64,000 bases of DNA from Basidiobolus meristosporus CBS 931.73 (lineage: Eukaryota; Fungi; Basidiobolomycota). The stretch covers positions 62,001-126,000 of the forward strand of contig MCFE01000203.1 of the NCBI GenBank assembly GCA_002104905.1, written 5' to 3'. Below the pieces are notes generated by a model. It was not told where the DNA came from. It made no database searches and saw only the letters and a list, made by a program, of their open reading frames with translations. The number at the start of each line of letters is the position of its first letter. Position 1 is the first letter of the stretch. This document shows positions 1 to 10,630 of this stretch, piece after piece. A program made the position numbers and the translations under genes.

Positions 1-1670
1 AGCTCTTCATACTCCACAGCAAAATGGAGTAGCAGAACGTGCAGATAGAACAACAGTAGAGATGGGAAGATCTATGCTACATGATAAGGGAATGGACTAC
101 AGGTTTTGGGCTGAATTGGTTGCCACTGCTGTATACATCAAGAACAGATGCCCAACAACAGCACCTACATGATTCTACGCCCTCTGAAGCATATACAGGC
201 AAAAAACCAGATCTCCAGCACCTCAGGATCTTTGGCAGTGATGTTTTTTATCACATCCCTGACAAAAAATGCTCATAGTTGGAACTAAAGAGTAGGAAAG
301 AGATCTTTCTTGGGTATTGTGAAGATACTAAAGGGTATAGAGTGTATGATGGCAAAACTCAGAAGCTGATCAAGAGCAGGGGCGTTGTATTTGAGGAGAA
401 TCCAGATCAGAAAGCCATGGAAATCATTGGCCAGCTGCCTGATGATGCAATCAACACAAATGAAGAAGATACATACCAAGTCCAACCAGAGATGGAAGAT
501 ACTTCTTTCAGTTCCAGATCAGAACAGATTATCCCAGTTAGGAGATCTACCAGAATAAGAAATGCCCCTGGATCCTGGTGGCAGACATCCAATGATAATG
601 AAGAAGCTTATCTGGCCTTATGTGCCAAACCTCAGAATCTGGAACAGGCAATGCAAGGTCAAGATGCTACTAAGTGGCCACAAGCCATGCAGGAGGAGTA
701 CCAATCACTGATCAAGGCAAAAATGTGGGAACTGGCAGACTTACCAAATGGGAAAAAGCCAATAGAATGTAGATGGGTCTACAAGATCAAGATAACCTCA
801 AATGGTGCTGTTGATAAGTACAAGGCTAGATTGGTAGCTAAAGGCTATTCCCAGATCCAGGGACTAGACTTTAAGGAAACATTTGCTCTGGTTGCCAAGC
901 TTAACTCTATTAGGACAGTTCTAGCCCTGGCAGCTATACACTGTCTAGATCTACTCCAAATGGACATCAAAACAGCCTTTCTAAATGGGGATTTGCAAGA
1001 AACTATATATATGGAGCAACCAGAAGGTTTTACCAATCCAAAAGGCCCCCACAAGATGTGCAAACTTAGAAAATTGTTGTATGGGCTTAAGCAGGCACCC
1101 AGAGCATGGTATAACAAGATTGACACATATCTAGAGGAAATTGGGTTCTCTTGTAGCACTGCAGATCAAAGTATATATGTGAAACAGCTCAAAAAGGGTG
1201 TGATCATCCTAGTTCTTTATGTGGACAACCTAATTATAGCTGCAAGTAATCAAGAGGCACTTAAACAGACGATATCAGATCTCTTCAGCAAGTTTGAGAT
1301 GAAAGATCTTGGAAAATTGAGCTATTTTCTTGGAATTGAGGTCAAATTTGACATACCTACGCAGAAAATTGTGCTAAATCAGTCTAAGTACATCAGGGAC
1401 ACTCTTAGATGCTTCAAAATAGAAACTTGCAAACCTGCAGTAACCCCTATGGACAATAACCTGAAATTAAGCAAATCTCAGCCAGTTATAGATGAAAACG
1501 GCTCAAGTATGGACCAAACCTTTTCCTATCAATCAATGGTTGGTAGCCTAATGTACTTAATGGTGTCTACACGTCCAGATATTGCAGTAGCAGTTGGAAT
1601 AGTTAGTCAATTCATGCAGAATTATGGATCAGATCAAATTGCAGCAGTTAAGCGGATTTTCAGATATCTA
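1..1670 (+). mobile_element. Ty1/Copia retrotransposon pol fragment (integrase C-terminus and reverse transcriptase), truncated before RNase H
   Basis: Integrase-type PQQNGVAER at the window start and FLGYCEDTKGYRVYD. RT motifs: CRWVYKIK, YKARLVAKGYSQIQGLDF, MDIKTAFLNG, LYGLKQAPRAW, LYVDNL (variant YVDD), MKDLGKLSYFLGIEV. In-frame stop at 276-278. Confidence 0.93.
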
Positions 1671-3447
1671 GGGTGCAAGTGTGACCTTGTACTTGGTAGA
1701 ACCTGGCTATTTTGTTGTAATCCATCAGTCAACTGGAGAACCCATGCAGCTCAGATCCTGAAGGACAGCTAGATCTATGAGCTATTACATGCCAGACTGG
1801 ATTTTAACTTGGTCAATTCCAGTGTGTGCAAGACAAGTGAGCTTAGCAAGACACAGTTCTGTAGAGCACTTAGAAAAGGCATCCAGATGTTCTTCATGGC
1901 AGTATTACAGGAGGATTTCTCTACTCCAGTACCCCTGCAAGGTTAAGACTTGTTTGAAGAAATATTAAGATGTATTTCCAGATGAGCTTGTAAGCCTACC
2001 ACCAGTCAGAGATGTGGATCATACCATTGACACAGGAGATAGCCCCCTAGTGAGTAAGACACCTTACAGAATGAGTCCATTGGAGTTGGAAGCAATGAAG
2101 AGACAAATAGATCAGTTACTGGAGCAAGTATAGACCAGACCCAGCAAGTCACCTTGGGGAGCACCAGTACTCTTTGTGAAAAAAATGGATGGAACACTCA
2201 GAATGTGCGTCAACTACAGAGCCCTCAACTCAGTTACTGCAAAGAATAAGTACCCCCTACCTTGGATTGATGAGCTTTTGGACCAACTCAATGGAGCCAC
2301 TAAATTCAGCAAGATTGACCTCATGACAGGATACAATCAGATTGGATGAAGCCAGAAGACATCCCTAAGACAGCATTCAGGACCAGATATGGACACCACA
2401 AGTACGTAGTCATGAGTTTTTGCCTCACCAATGCCCCTGCAACATTCATGACCCTGATGCAGACTGTCTTACAGGAGTACTTAGACAAGTTTGTCATAAT
2501 ATACCTAGATGATATATTGATATGCAGCAAGACAGAAGAGGATCACTTGGTGCACATTGACAAGGTCTTGAAGAAACAAAGAGAGAACAAGCTTCATGGC
2601 AAGCTACCCATGTGTGAATTTTTCAAGGAACACAATGAACATCTGGGACACATAATGACTAGCACAGGAGTTACCTTAGACCCTAAGAAGCCTGAAGTTA
2701 TCAAGAATCTGAAGCAGCCCCATAGCGTATCAGAGCTCAGATCATTCCTTGGAATGGTTTCCTGCTATTGAAGATTTGTCAAGTCCTTTGATCATGCCTC
2801 CCTCAAGTATATGTTTACTCAGAAGCAATTTGCTTAGAGATTGTCTACTGGCCTGGAAAAAACAATATGGTAGCTGATGCTTTATCAACATTAGAAAAAG
2901 TTGCACAACTAAACTTCGTGTATGAATTATATTGGCCTAGCCTAATGCCAAAGTACCTGGAGGACCTGGCCATTCCTATTAAGGTGGATGAAGAGATCAA
3001 GAAGATAATCCAGGATGAAGCCAGCAAGTTTGTAGTACAGGATGAAACACTCTACCAAATTGTTAATGGAAGCCCTTTTGCCTATTGCCCTTATGTTGCT
3101 TGCCGGGATTTAACACATAAGCTTCACAATGGATATGAACATCTTGAAATTGAAGGAGCCTATAGCCTTGAGAAAGCCAGAGCATGGTGGCCCTGAATGA
3201 AGAATGACATTGAGAAGCTAGTTAAGACATGCCCAAATTGCCAAATCAACCAAAGTCAACCACAGAAAATTGCTGAGCTCTTTCCCTTGGAGCCTGTAAG
3301 ACCATTTGAAAGATGGGGAATTGACTGTATTGGAAGACTGCCAACCACCAGGAAATGCAACACTTGGATCCTAGTAGCAACTGACCATGCCACTAAATGG
3401 CCAGTGGTCAAAGCTGTACCTATAGCCAGTGAACAAGAAGTTCCAAG
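1671..3447 (+). mobile_element. Degenerate Ty3/Gypsy pol fragment (protease tail, RT, partly deleted RNase H, integrase N-terminus)
   Basis: Motifs: DLVLGRTWL..NPSVNW (protease end), [45 protein letters not shown] (RT), zinc-finger CPNCQ, PFERWGIDCIG (integrase). Multiple stops and frameshifts. Confidence 0.92.
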
Positions 3448-3585
3448 TACACATATCAGCTAACATGATTGACTTTATTCAAAGTTGTAGGCATTGAGTA
3501 ATTTAGGTGATGCAAAACCAGCACAGTACAACTTGCAGCACTGGCAATTGCTAATTCTAGCTGTGGGCACTTTAGGCTACCCAAC

Positions 3586-4017
3586 TCAGCAGCAGTCATC
3601 ATAGCAATCATCCCAGCATGGGTCACAGCAATCATCATAGCAAGGATCATAGCAGGGATCACAGCAAGGGTCACAGCAAGGATCACAGCATGGGTCACAG
3701 CAAGGATCACAGCATGGGTCACAGCAGGGATCACAGCAGGGATCACAGCAGTCATCATAGCAAGGATCATAGCAAGGATCACAGCAGGGATCCCAGCAAT
3801 CATCATAACAAGGATCATAGCAGGGATCCCAGCAATCATCATAACAAGGATCATAACAGGGGTCACAGCAATCATCATAGTCATAGGATGAGTAGCCTCT
3901 CTTCTGAACTTTACTGGTACCTGCAGCAGCCTGACCATGGGGAAGGGAGAGTGTGGTTCCAAGGAAAAGGACACCAAGAACAGTGGCCAGTGAGAGATTG
4001 CTGAAAGAGAACTTCAT
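3586..4017 (-). CDS. Secreted Cys/Asp-rich tetrapeptide-repeat protein, copy A (143 aa)
   Basis: ATG at 4017 (the ORF-track start at 4074 is a TTG). Signal peptide MKFSFSNLSLATVLGVLFLGTTLS, pro-region ending VQKR (Kex2-type site), then GYSSYDYDD, 23 x C[CYW]D[PD], and CC-stop. Confidence 0.75.
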   Translation of the reverse strand: MKFSFSNLSLATVLGVLFLGTTLSLPHGQAAAGTSKVQKRGYSSYDYDDCCDPCYDPCYDDCWDPCYDPCYDDCWDPCCDPCYDPCYDDCCDPCCDPCCDPCCDPCCDPCCDPCCDPCCDPCYDPCYDDCCDPCWDDCYDDCC

Positions 4018-4192
4018 TTTAGCTAAAAGAAAGAGATGAGTTTTTATGGGAAGACCACTAATAAGTTGAGGCAAGATTGGATGATGCTATACCAGTGCTG
4101 ACCATTTGGACTTAAATACATTTTCTCCTTGCCAGTCATCCCCACTAATAGTGCCTCCAATATATTTCCATGACACTGAGATCACTATAGTC

Positions 4193-4264
4193 CCATCAGT
4201 AAATCAGGCCCAGCTGCCATCAGTAAATCAGGCCCAGCTGCCATCAGTAAATCAGGCCCAGCTG
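4193..4264 (+). repeat. 24-bp tandem repeat x3 (CCATCAGTAAATCAGGCCCAGCTG)
   Basis: Three exact units read directly from the sequence. Copy B retains only a partial first unit before the LTR. Confidence 0.9.
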
Positions 4265-4780
4265 CCATGCCATCACTTTGATTGTCTTGGTAGCCCACCT
4301 TAGCATTATCATATTTGCCATGAGATCTATCAGTAGTGATATCTGGCAGTTGGGTTTAGAGCTGGGCCTCAGTGCTTCAGGTGCAGGGTTCAATTCCCAG
4401 CAGCTCCATAATCCTGGCAGAAATGAAGGTCAATCAGTAGTGTAAAAGTAGGCTGGTTTGCAAGAATTTTTTAAACCACAGCCTGATTTTTGTTGCCCCT
4501 ACCCAAGTAAAAGTTGGTATATGCTGACTAACCCTAAACAGCAGCTTACTTTTTTGTACTCCACTTGTTTATGCCCTGTTCATGGGAGAGTGCTTGATGA
4601 ATAAGAGCCATATGCTGATCCCTGAAATCATAATCCATCATATACACATATCAGCTAACATGATTGACTTTATTCAAAATTGTAGGCATTGAGTAATTTA
4701 GGTGATGCAAAACCAGCACAGTACAACTTGCAGCACTGGCAATTGCTAATTCTAGCTGTGGGCACTTTAGGCTACCCAAC

Positions 4781-5212
4781 TCAGCAGCAGTCATCATAGC
4801 AATCATCCCAGCATGGGTCACAGCAATCATCATAGCAAGGATCATAGCAGGGATCACAGCAAGGGTCACAGCAAGGATCACAGCATGGGTCACAGCAAGG
4901 ATCACAGCATGGGTCACAGCAGGGATCACAGCAGGGATCACAGCAGTCATCATAGCAAGGATCATAGCAAGGATCACAGCAGGGATCCCAGCAATCATCA
5001 TAACAAGGATCATAGCAGGGATCCCAGCAATCATCATAACAAGGATCATAACAGGGGTCACAGCAATCATCATAGTCATAGGATGAGTAGCCTCTCTTCT
5101 GAACTTTACTGGTACCTGCAGCAGCCTGACCATGGGGAAGGGAGAGTGTGGTTCCAAGGAAAAGGACACCAAGAACAGTGGCCAGTGAGAGATTGCTGAA
5201 AGAGAACTTCAT
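4781..5212 (-). CDS. Secreted Cys/Asp-rich tetrapeptide-repeat protein, copy B (identical protein)
   Basis: Offset 1195 bp from copy A; the ORF-track translations are identical. Confidence 0.75.
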   Translation of the reverse strand: MKFSFSNLSLATVLGVLFLGTTLSLPHGQAAAGTSKVQKRGYSSYDYDDCCDPCYDPCYDDCWDPCYDPCYDDCWDPCCDPCYDPCYDDCCDPCCDPCCDPCCDPCCDPCCDPCCDPCCDPCYDPCYDDCCDPCWDDCYDDCC

Positions 5213-5406
5213 TTTAGCTAAAAGAAAGAGATGAGTTTTTATGGGAAGACCACTAATAAGTTGAGGCAAGATTGGATGATGCTATACCAGTGCTGACCAT
5301 TTGGACTTAAATACATTTTCTCCTTGCCAGTCATCCCCACTAATAGTGCCTCCAATATATTTCCATGACACTGAGATCACTATAGTCCCATCAGTAAATC
5401 AGGCCC

Positions 5407-5751
5407 TGTTGTAAAAATTCGTATTTTCCACCTAAATATTCACCTAACTTAGTCACTTAGATCATCATCTTCAAATCCTAGAGAATACTGACCAAATTCC
5501 TTGTCGGGATTTACTTAGAATATTTTCACAAATACCAGGTACCCAGAACATGAAAATTCTCAAGTTGTCCAAACAGCCCAAACTTTGCACACATGTTCTT
5601 GGGACCTTCCTTAACCTATTCTACGTGTTGTAATGCCAAGACCATGTAAAAGTATAAATACTACTTTTACATTCAATAAATCATGAAGTGAAAACCACAT
5701 AATCTACTTGTTCTCCCAATCACTTCCAATATCTCCAAGACTCTTACAACA
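5407..5751 (+). mobile_element. Solo or truncated Copia-family LTR (345 bp)
   Basis: Terminal inverted repeat TGTTGTAA...TTACAACA, with internal TATAAATA and AATAAA. Closely similar to the PPT-adjacent LTR at 61748-62096. No PPT immediately upstream. Flanks GGCCC/GGCCA may be an imperfect target-site duplication. Confidence 0.9.
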
Positions 5752-5809
5752 GGCCAACCCTAACCCTAAATTGGTATGATATTGAAGAGTATCTGTTACC
5801 CTAAGTACT

Positions 5810-6260
5810 TCTCATGGGCTCCATCAGCATTCATATGCATATGTGACAATACAAATGCAAGGACTGGATGAAATGGATATGTGGTTATTCAAGTGGCCTT
5901 CTGAAGCCATTTCTACTAAGAGTACATTGGAAGCATTGGGAGTTATATGTGGATATTAAAGCAGTATTTATCTGGAAGTGGATCACCAATGCCAACTTGG
6001 TACATTTATAGCTTTTGTGCAAAGGGTTTGTGACAGGACTTGAGCAGCTATACTAAAAACATCAAGCTGAACATGTGGTCCTCTGCTGCTACTGTATCCA
6101 TTTGCTACTCCATCTTGCTTAGTGTGTTGGGAATATTGGGCCTTGCTTCTCCTTTTGGGAGTTTCCTATGGAGCAGATGTGTGGGGAGATAGGAAGACAA
6201 GTCAAGTTGTAGGTACTACCATATCCAATCTTATCAAAAATATTACCTTCATGTCTGTCA
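5810..6260 (+). pseudogene. Degenerate CACTA/EnSpm-type transposase remnant
   Basis: Manual translation gives QYKCKDWMKWICGYSSGLLKPFL..HWKHWELYV and LHLA*CVGNIGPCFSFWEFPMEQMCGEIGRQVKL*VLPYPIL. This matches the fungal CACTA transposase C-terminal pattern (H..I...GP.W..W.FPMER.CG.L......PY.NL). Contains stop codons. Confidence 0.68.
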
Positions 6261-8996
6261 TAGATGTGATGAGTTGGTGCATGGGAGACAGCCAGGAAGA
6301 GTTGGAAAATACTGAGGACAGATGTGCTCATGGAAACACCTATGCCTATGGCGTTAAGAAGCTATGCAGCCCCAATGTGTGGGTAATTGGTTAACTAATG
6401 CAAAGTTGGGTTGGGTGCAACAAGCAACCAATTTGGATTTGGAAAGCTCTATCACGGTATGCTGGATTTTTCTTGGTCACAAGCCAATTTCTACACCATT
6501 CAATACAGAATTCACACAAACAAGAGCCAAAGCGCACCCATAAGGGGGACTAGAATCCAGCAGGGCAAAGGAATATATTGGCTAAGTACCAAAAAGTTCT
6601 TTGCAGATATTCAGGAGGTATACGTGGCAAAAGTGGTGGCAATAAAACATATGTTGGCAAGACATATATGTTACCAGCAATACAAGGTATATGGCAACTC
6701 TGCAAGTATCACACTAAAAAGCCATAAAGATGAGGTGATAGAAGTGTGTCAATTGCAGCAGGTATGCACATTTGTAGAGGCTAGTAAGCAGGAGGCCATA
6801 GTGTGTTTTGATTTGAACTATATGTGGAATACCCAAGGTAGTAGTGGGTAAGCAAATAAAGAGGGTGAATCTATTGTGGAATATATGAATTGCACAAGGG
6901 GAGGTAGAAAAAGGAAATACCATTTAGTAAATTGATATGATTGCATTATACAGAACTAGCTGTAGGCTACCATACTGTTGAGATAATGTCATTTGAGGCT
7001 TGCAATGAGGCCATCAAATCACCATCAGGTTTTTTGCAATATAGGGCAATTGGATGCACTGGCCTGTTAGATCCACTCAAATAGTTGTAGAGCACTCTAA
7101 GACTGCAACAATGTCATGCCACCCTTGGCAAAATACTGTACAAACACTGTTATATTTTTAACTTTATTTGGCTGTAAAATTAGCCAAATGCTGTTATGAT
7201 ACCATCATCAGATTGTGTAGATAGTGATTAATTCCAAGCTGCTGATATTATTACAGTTTCCTGATGGGATCTTGACGGCTGATCCAGATTGGATCCACCC
7301 ATGGGACCAAATTAGTTTTCATAGGACAATAACAAAGTATGACTAGTACTCTTACATTCAGTGAATCATTAAGTGAAAGCCACATGATGTACTTACTGTC
7401 CTAATTACATGCATTGTGTCCAAAACTCTTATAATAGTAAATAGTAGCCCTTTATTAGCAATAACTTTGGATGCATGACATAATAGTTAATAGCTATTTT
7501 AAGGCTTTCTTGAATGCAGCTAGCAGCAACATGTAGAATTGGTGTATATTTGTGACCATGCTCTTCTAAATAGAAAGTTGTTGTGTTGCACATAGTACAG
7601 TAGTATCTTATAAGCAACCATACTGATAACAGGCTAAATATACAAATATGTTTGGAGCAAACCAATAGATTTTAAGCATGTATTGTTGCAATAATTTGAT
7701 TTTAATTTTCAACTTCAATTTACATAAAGGGCAATAACTAAATATTACTAAAGACTCAGCTAGGAAAGTTGAAATCATGCTATTGGATTTGCTATGTTCT
7801 TTAGTCAGCTTGGACACCTCTCTGGAGTTAGTTACACATAAATCCATACATAATTTGGTAGTATTAAACCATGTTTGCTCAATGCTAATGGTATGGCTAA
7901 CTCTGATTAGCAACCCAATATAATGTAATTCAAGTATTTAAAACTAGTGCTTGGCTTCATTCTATTTTCAATACTTTTATTTCTGAACTGGCCATATTTT
8001 CAACGCAGGAATGATTTTGCAGAACCAAATTATTTTGATGCATATAATCGCGAACTCTAGGTTGGCACTGAACTACTCTTAATTATAGGAAACATTTAGC
8101 GATCAGATGCAAAAAGTCGCGCTAAAACAAACAGCAGAGTTACCTTTTATCCACTAAATCCAGTGCTTATGGGATCCAAAATATCTAAGAGTGCGCACTA
8201 ATCTAAGGATTGCATTAATTGGTTTTCTTGAATTTCTATCGGATTATCAGAAAGTTATAGGGGGATAATCACGGAAGATTATTTATGGAAGTCTACTTGT
8301 AGCTATTGTGATTGGACGGAAATAACAAGAGGCGAATGATGATAATGGTGGTGGTACCTTGGCTGAGAAATTCGCATTTTTCTTGTATGTCACTCTTCTT
8401 ACCAGTAAACGCAGCAATTTTCCTGTTGTCACTGCTCCAGTAGCTCGATATGCATGGAGCACGAATGAGGGGAATGGGCCCTATTCAATAAGGCGTTACT
8501 GTGAACGTTGGCTATACGAAACCAGAATAATCCCTCAGGATCCAAAGGTAGAGACTATAGGCCAACTTATTTTGAATACTACCCTTCCTTTATTCGAACA
8601 TTCAAGTAACTTAGTCAAACTTTGGGTGCACACATTCTGGTTCATTGGGCAATACTGTATGGGGTTGAGTTGGCTAGGATACTTTTGTCTGTGATCGATT
8701 ATGATCTTCACCAAAGGTTGATTTCGACTAGCTGGCTGGTAATTACCCAGGGCCACGCCTATATACGAGTTGTTGGCTAATTTCTCGACATGATCACGAC
8801 TTTCACAAATAGGTTACATTGAGACTGCCTTTTGATGATACTAACCTCCAAATCAAGCTAGATCCTGAATACGGAGGGACTTGATGAGATACCATCCACA
8901 ACGAAAAATTAGATGGCATGATATGCAGGCTCTGCTATATCAAAGGTTCAGTATAAAAGTCGTCAACTGGCGCTCACCTCGATATCCGCGCTCGAC

Positions 8997-10630
8997 ATGG
9001 TGAAAGCACACAGTTTACTGGCCTTTTTCGCTACTGCAGCCATCCTTGGCCTCTCCGATGCCAAAGGAAGCAAGCCTAACTTCCTCGTTTTCCTGATGGA
9101 TGACCAGGATTTGAAGATGGACTCTCTAACGCTACATGCCACGCGTACACAAATACATTACCACTCAGGGAACTTCATTCAATCATCACTACATCTCCAC
9201 CGCCATCTGTTGTCCTTCGAGAGTCTCATTCTGGACCGGGCAATTCCCGCATAACCACAACGTAACCGACGAGTCACCACCGCACGGAGGCTATCCGAAG
9301 TTTTTGTCGAGACAGTTGGACAGTAACTACCTTCCGTTGTGGTTGGACCAGGCTGGCTACTCCAACTACTATCTTGGAAAATTCATCAACGGGGTTGACG
9401 CCAGAAACCCTGGGCCTCCGAAAGGCTGGACCCACTTCGAGCCGCTTGTGGCACCATGGATTTATCAATATTTAAACCCGACATTCTCCCTCAACGGTGC
9501 TCCTTTTGAGGCGCACGATGGCGAGTATCAGACCGATGTTATCCTCAACAAAACCTTGAACATCCTAGATACCCTAGCTTCGTCTGACAAACCATTCCTG
9601 TTCACAGTCTCTCCTGTGGCCCCGCATGATACTGTGACGGTGAACACCAACTCAGGTGCCGCCGAGTTCTATCCTCCGGTGCCCGCCAAGCGCCATGAGG
9701 CGTTGTTCAAAGATCTGAAGGTCCCCCGGAAACCCAACTTCAATCCCAAGCATCAGGACAAACCCTCTTGGTTGAAAACCCTGCCTTACCTGAACCAAAC
9801 CCGGCTCGATGACCTTGACGAACACTATCGACTACGCATTAGATCCCTTCAGGCCGTCGATGAGTTGGTGGAGAAGGTGATCAAGAAACTTGAGAAGCAA
9901 GGGCAACTTGATAACACCTACATCATCTACACCACTGACAATGGATACCATCTTGGACATCATCGCTTAGGCGCTGGTAAAGGAACTCCGTATGAGGAGG
10001 ATGTGAACATTCCCTTCATTATTCGCGGACCAGGGGTTGCCAAAGGAGAGATTAGTAAGGCATTCACCACACATACCCACGTTGCGGCGACTATTTTGGA
10101 CCTTGCCGGACTACCTGTTCCTGCACATCTGGATGCCTCGCCCATGCCAGTGCTGAGGAGACCACACACGAAGTACGATGTCACCGAAGCGTTCAACGTG
10201 GAGTTCTGGTCCAATACCTTTTTCGAGGACACTTGGGAACGCTTCTCCAACAACTCTTACAAAGCGGTTAGAGTCATCGGAGACGGCTACAACTACTATT
10301 ACTCCACCTGGTGTACTGGCGAACATGAATTAGTATGATCTGCAAGAGGACCCCTACCAACTTCACAACATCTATCCTCGCGTAGTGCACAAGGATGCTA
10401 GACTACTTGACCGTCTCAACGCTCTTTTGAATGTACTTAGAGACTGCCAAGGAGACACCTGTCGCCATCCTTGGGGAGTACTCCATCCTGATGGCTCAGT
10501 TAGAAATCTCAAGCAGGCACTCAGAAGTCGGCATGATTCGTACTACGCCGGATTGCCGGTATGGAAATTCATCACCTGCAAGGTGTTCAATGATCGTACC
10601 AACGAAGTATTGGTCAAGAAAGGCCATTAG
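8997..10630 (+). pseudogene. Secreted arylsulfatase / N-acetylglucosamine-6-sulfatase-like gene split by two +1 frameshifts (pseudogene or assembly error)
   Basis: Signal peptide, KPNFLVFLMDDQD, formylglycine motif CCPSRVSFWTG, YYLGKFING, YTTDNGYHLG, GKGTPYEEDVNIPFIIRGPG, ELYDL..DPYQLHN. Extra bases at about 9130-9132 and 10332-10333. No introns. TATAAAA at about 8953. Confidence 0.85.

Larger units (their letters stand above)
3448..5406. repeat. Direct duplication of a 764-bp unit (3448-4211 and 4643-5406) carrying the Cys/Asp gene
   Basis: Both copies start TACACATATCAGCTAACATG and end CCATCAGTAAATCAGGCCC. I found one substitution by eye (CAAAGTTG vs CAAAATTG, in the 3' flank of the gene). 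Confidence 0.92.

Noticed and set aside
3618-4004. His-rich plus-strand ORF (HSKDHSRD repeats), the hydrophobic minus-strand ORF 3456-3977, and their duplicates
   Set aside because: These are shadow frames of a stop-free 12-bp repeat. Only the Cys/Asp frame has a signal peptide and KR site. Dual coding is not excluded but is unsupported.
4193-4264. 24-bp repeats as a CRISPR array or as the PSVNQAQL-repeat protein (ORF 4106-4303)
   Set aside because: The units are contiguous with no spacers and the context is eukaryotic. The ORF starts at a non-ATG codon and has no other coding signal.
1-5751. One intact Copia element from the window start to the LTR at 5407 carrying the Cys/Asp genes as internal cargo
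   Set aside because: There is no PPT before this LTR, and the left Copia RT differs clearly from the RT of the element that owns this LTR family (62097-64000), so a single element is not supported.
6122-6851. ORFs 6122-6394 and 6411-6851 as genes
   Set aside because: They overlap or follow the CACTA remnant in off-frames within CpG-depleted decayed DNA, and the second starts at TTG.
8359-8694. 111-aa ORF upstream of the sulfatase
   Set aside because: TTG start and no recognisable motif or splice support.
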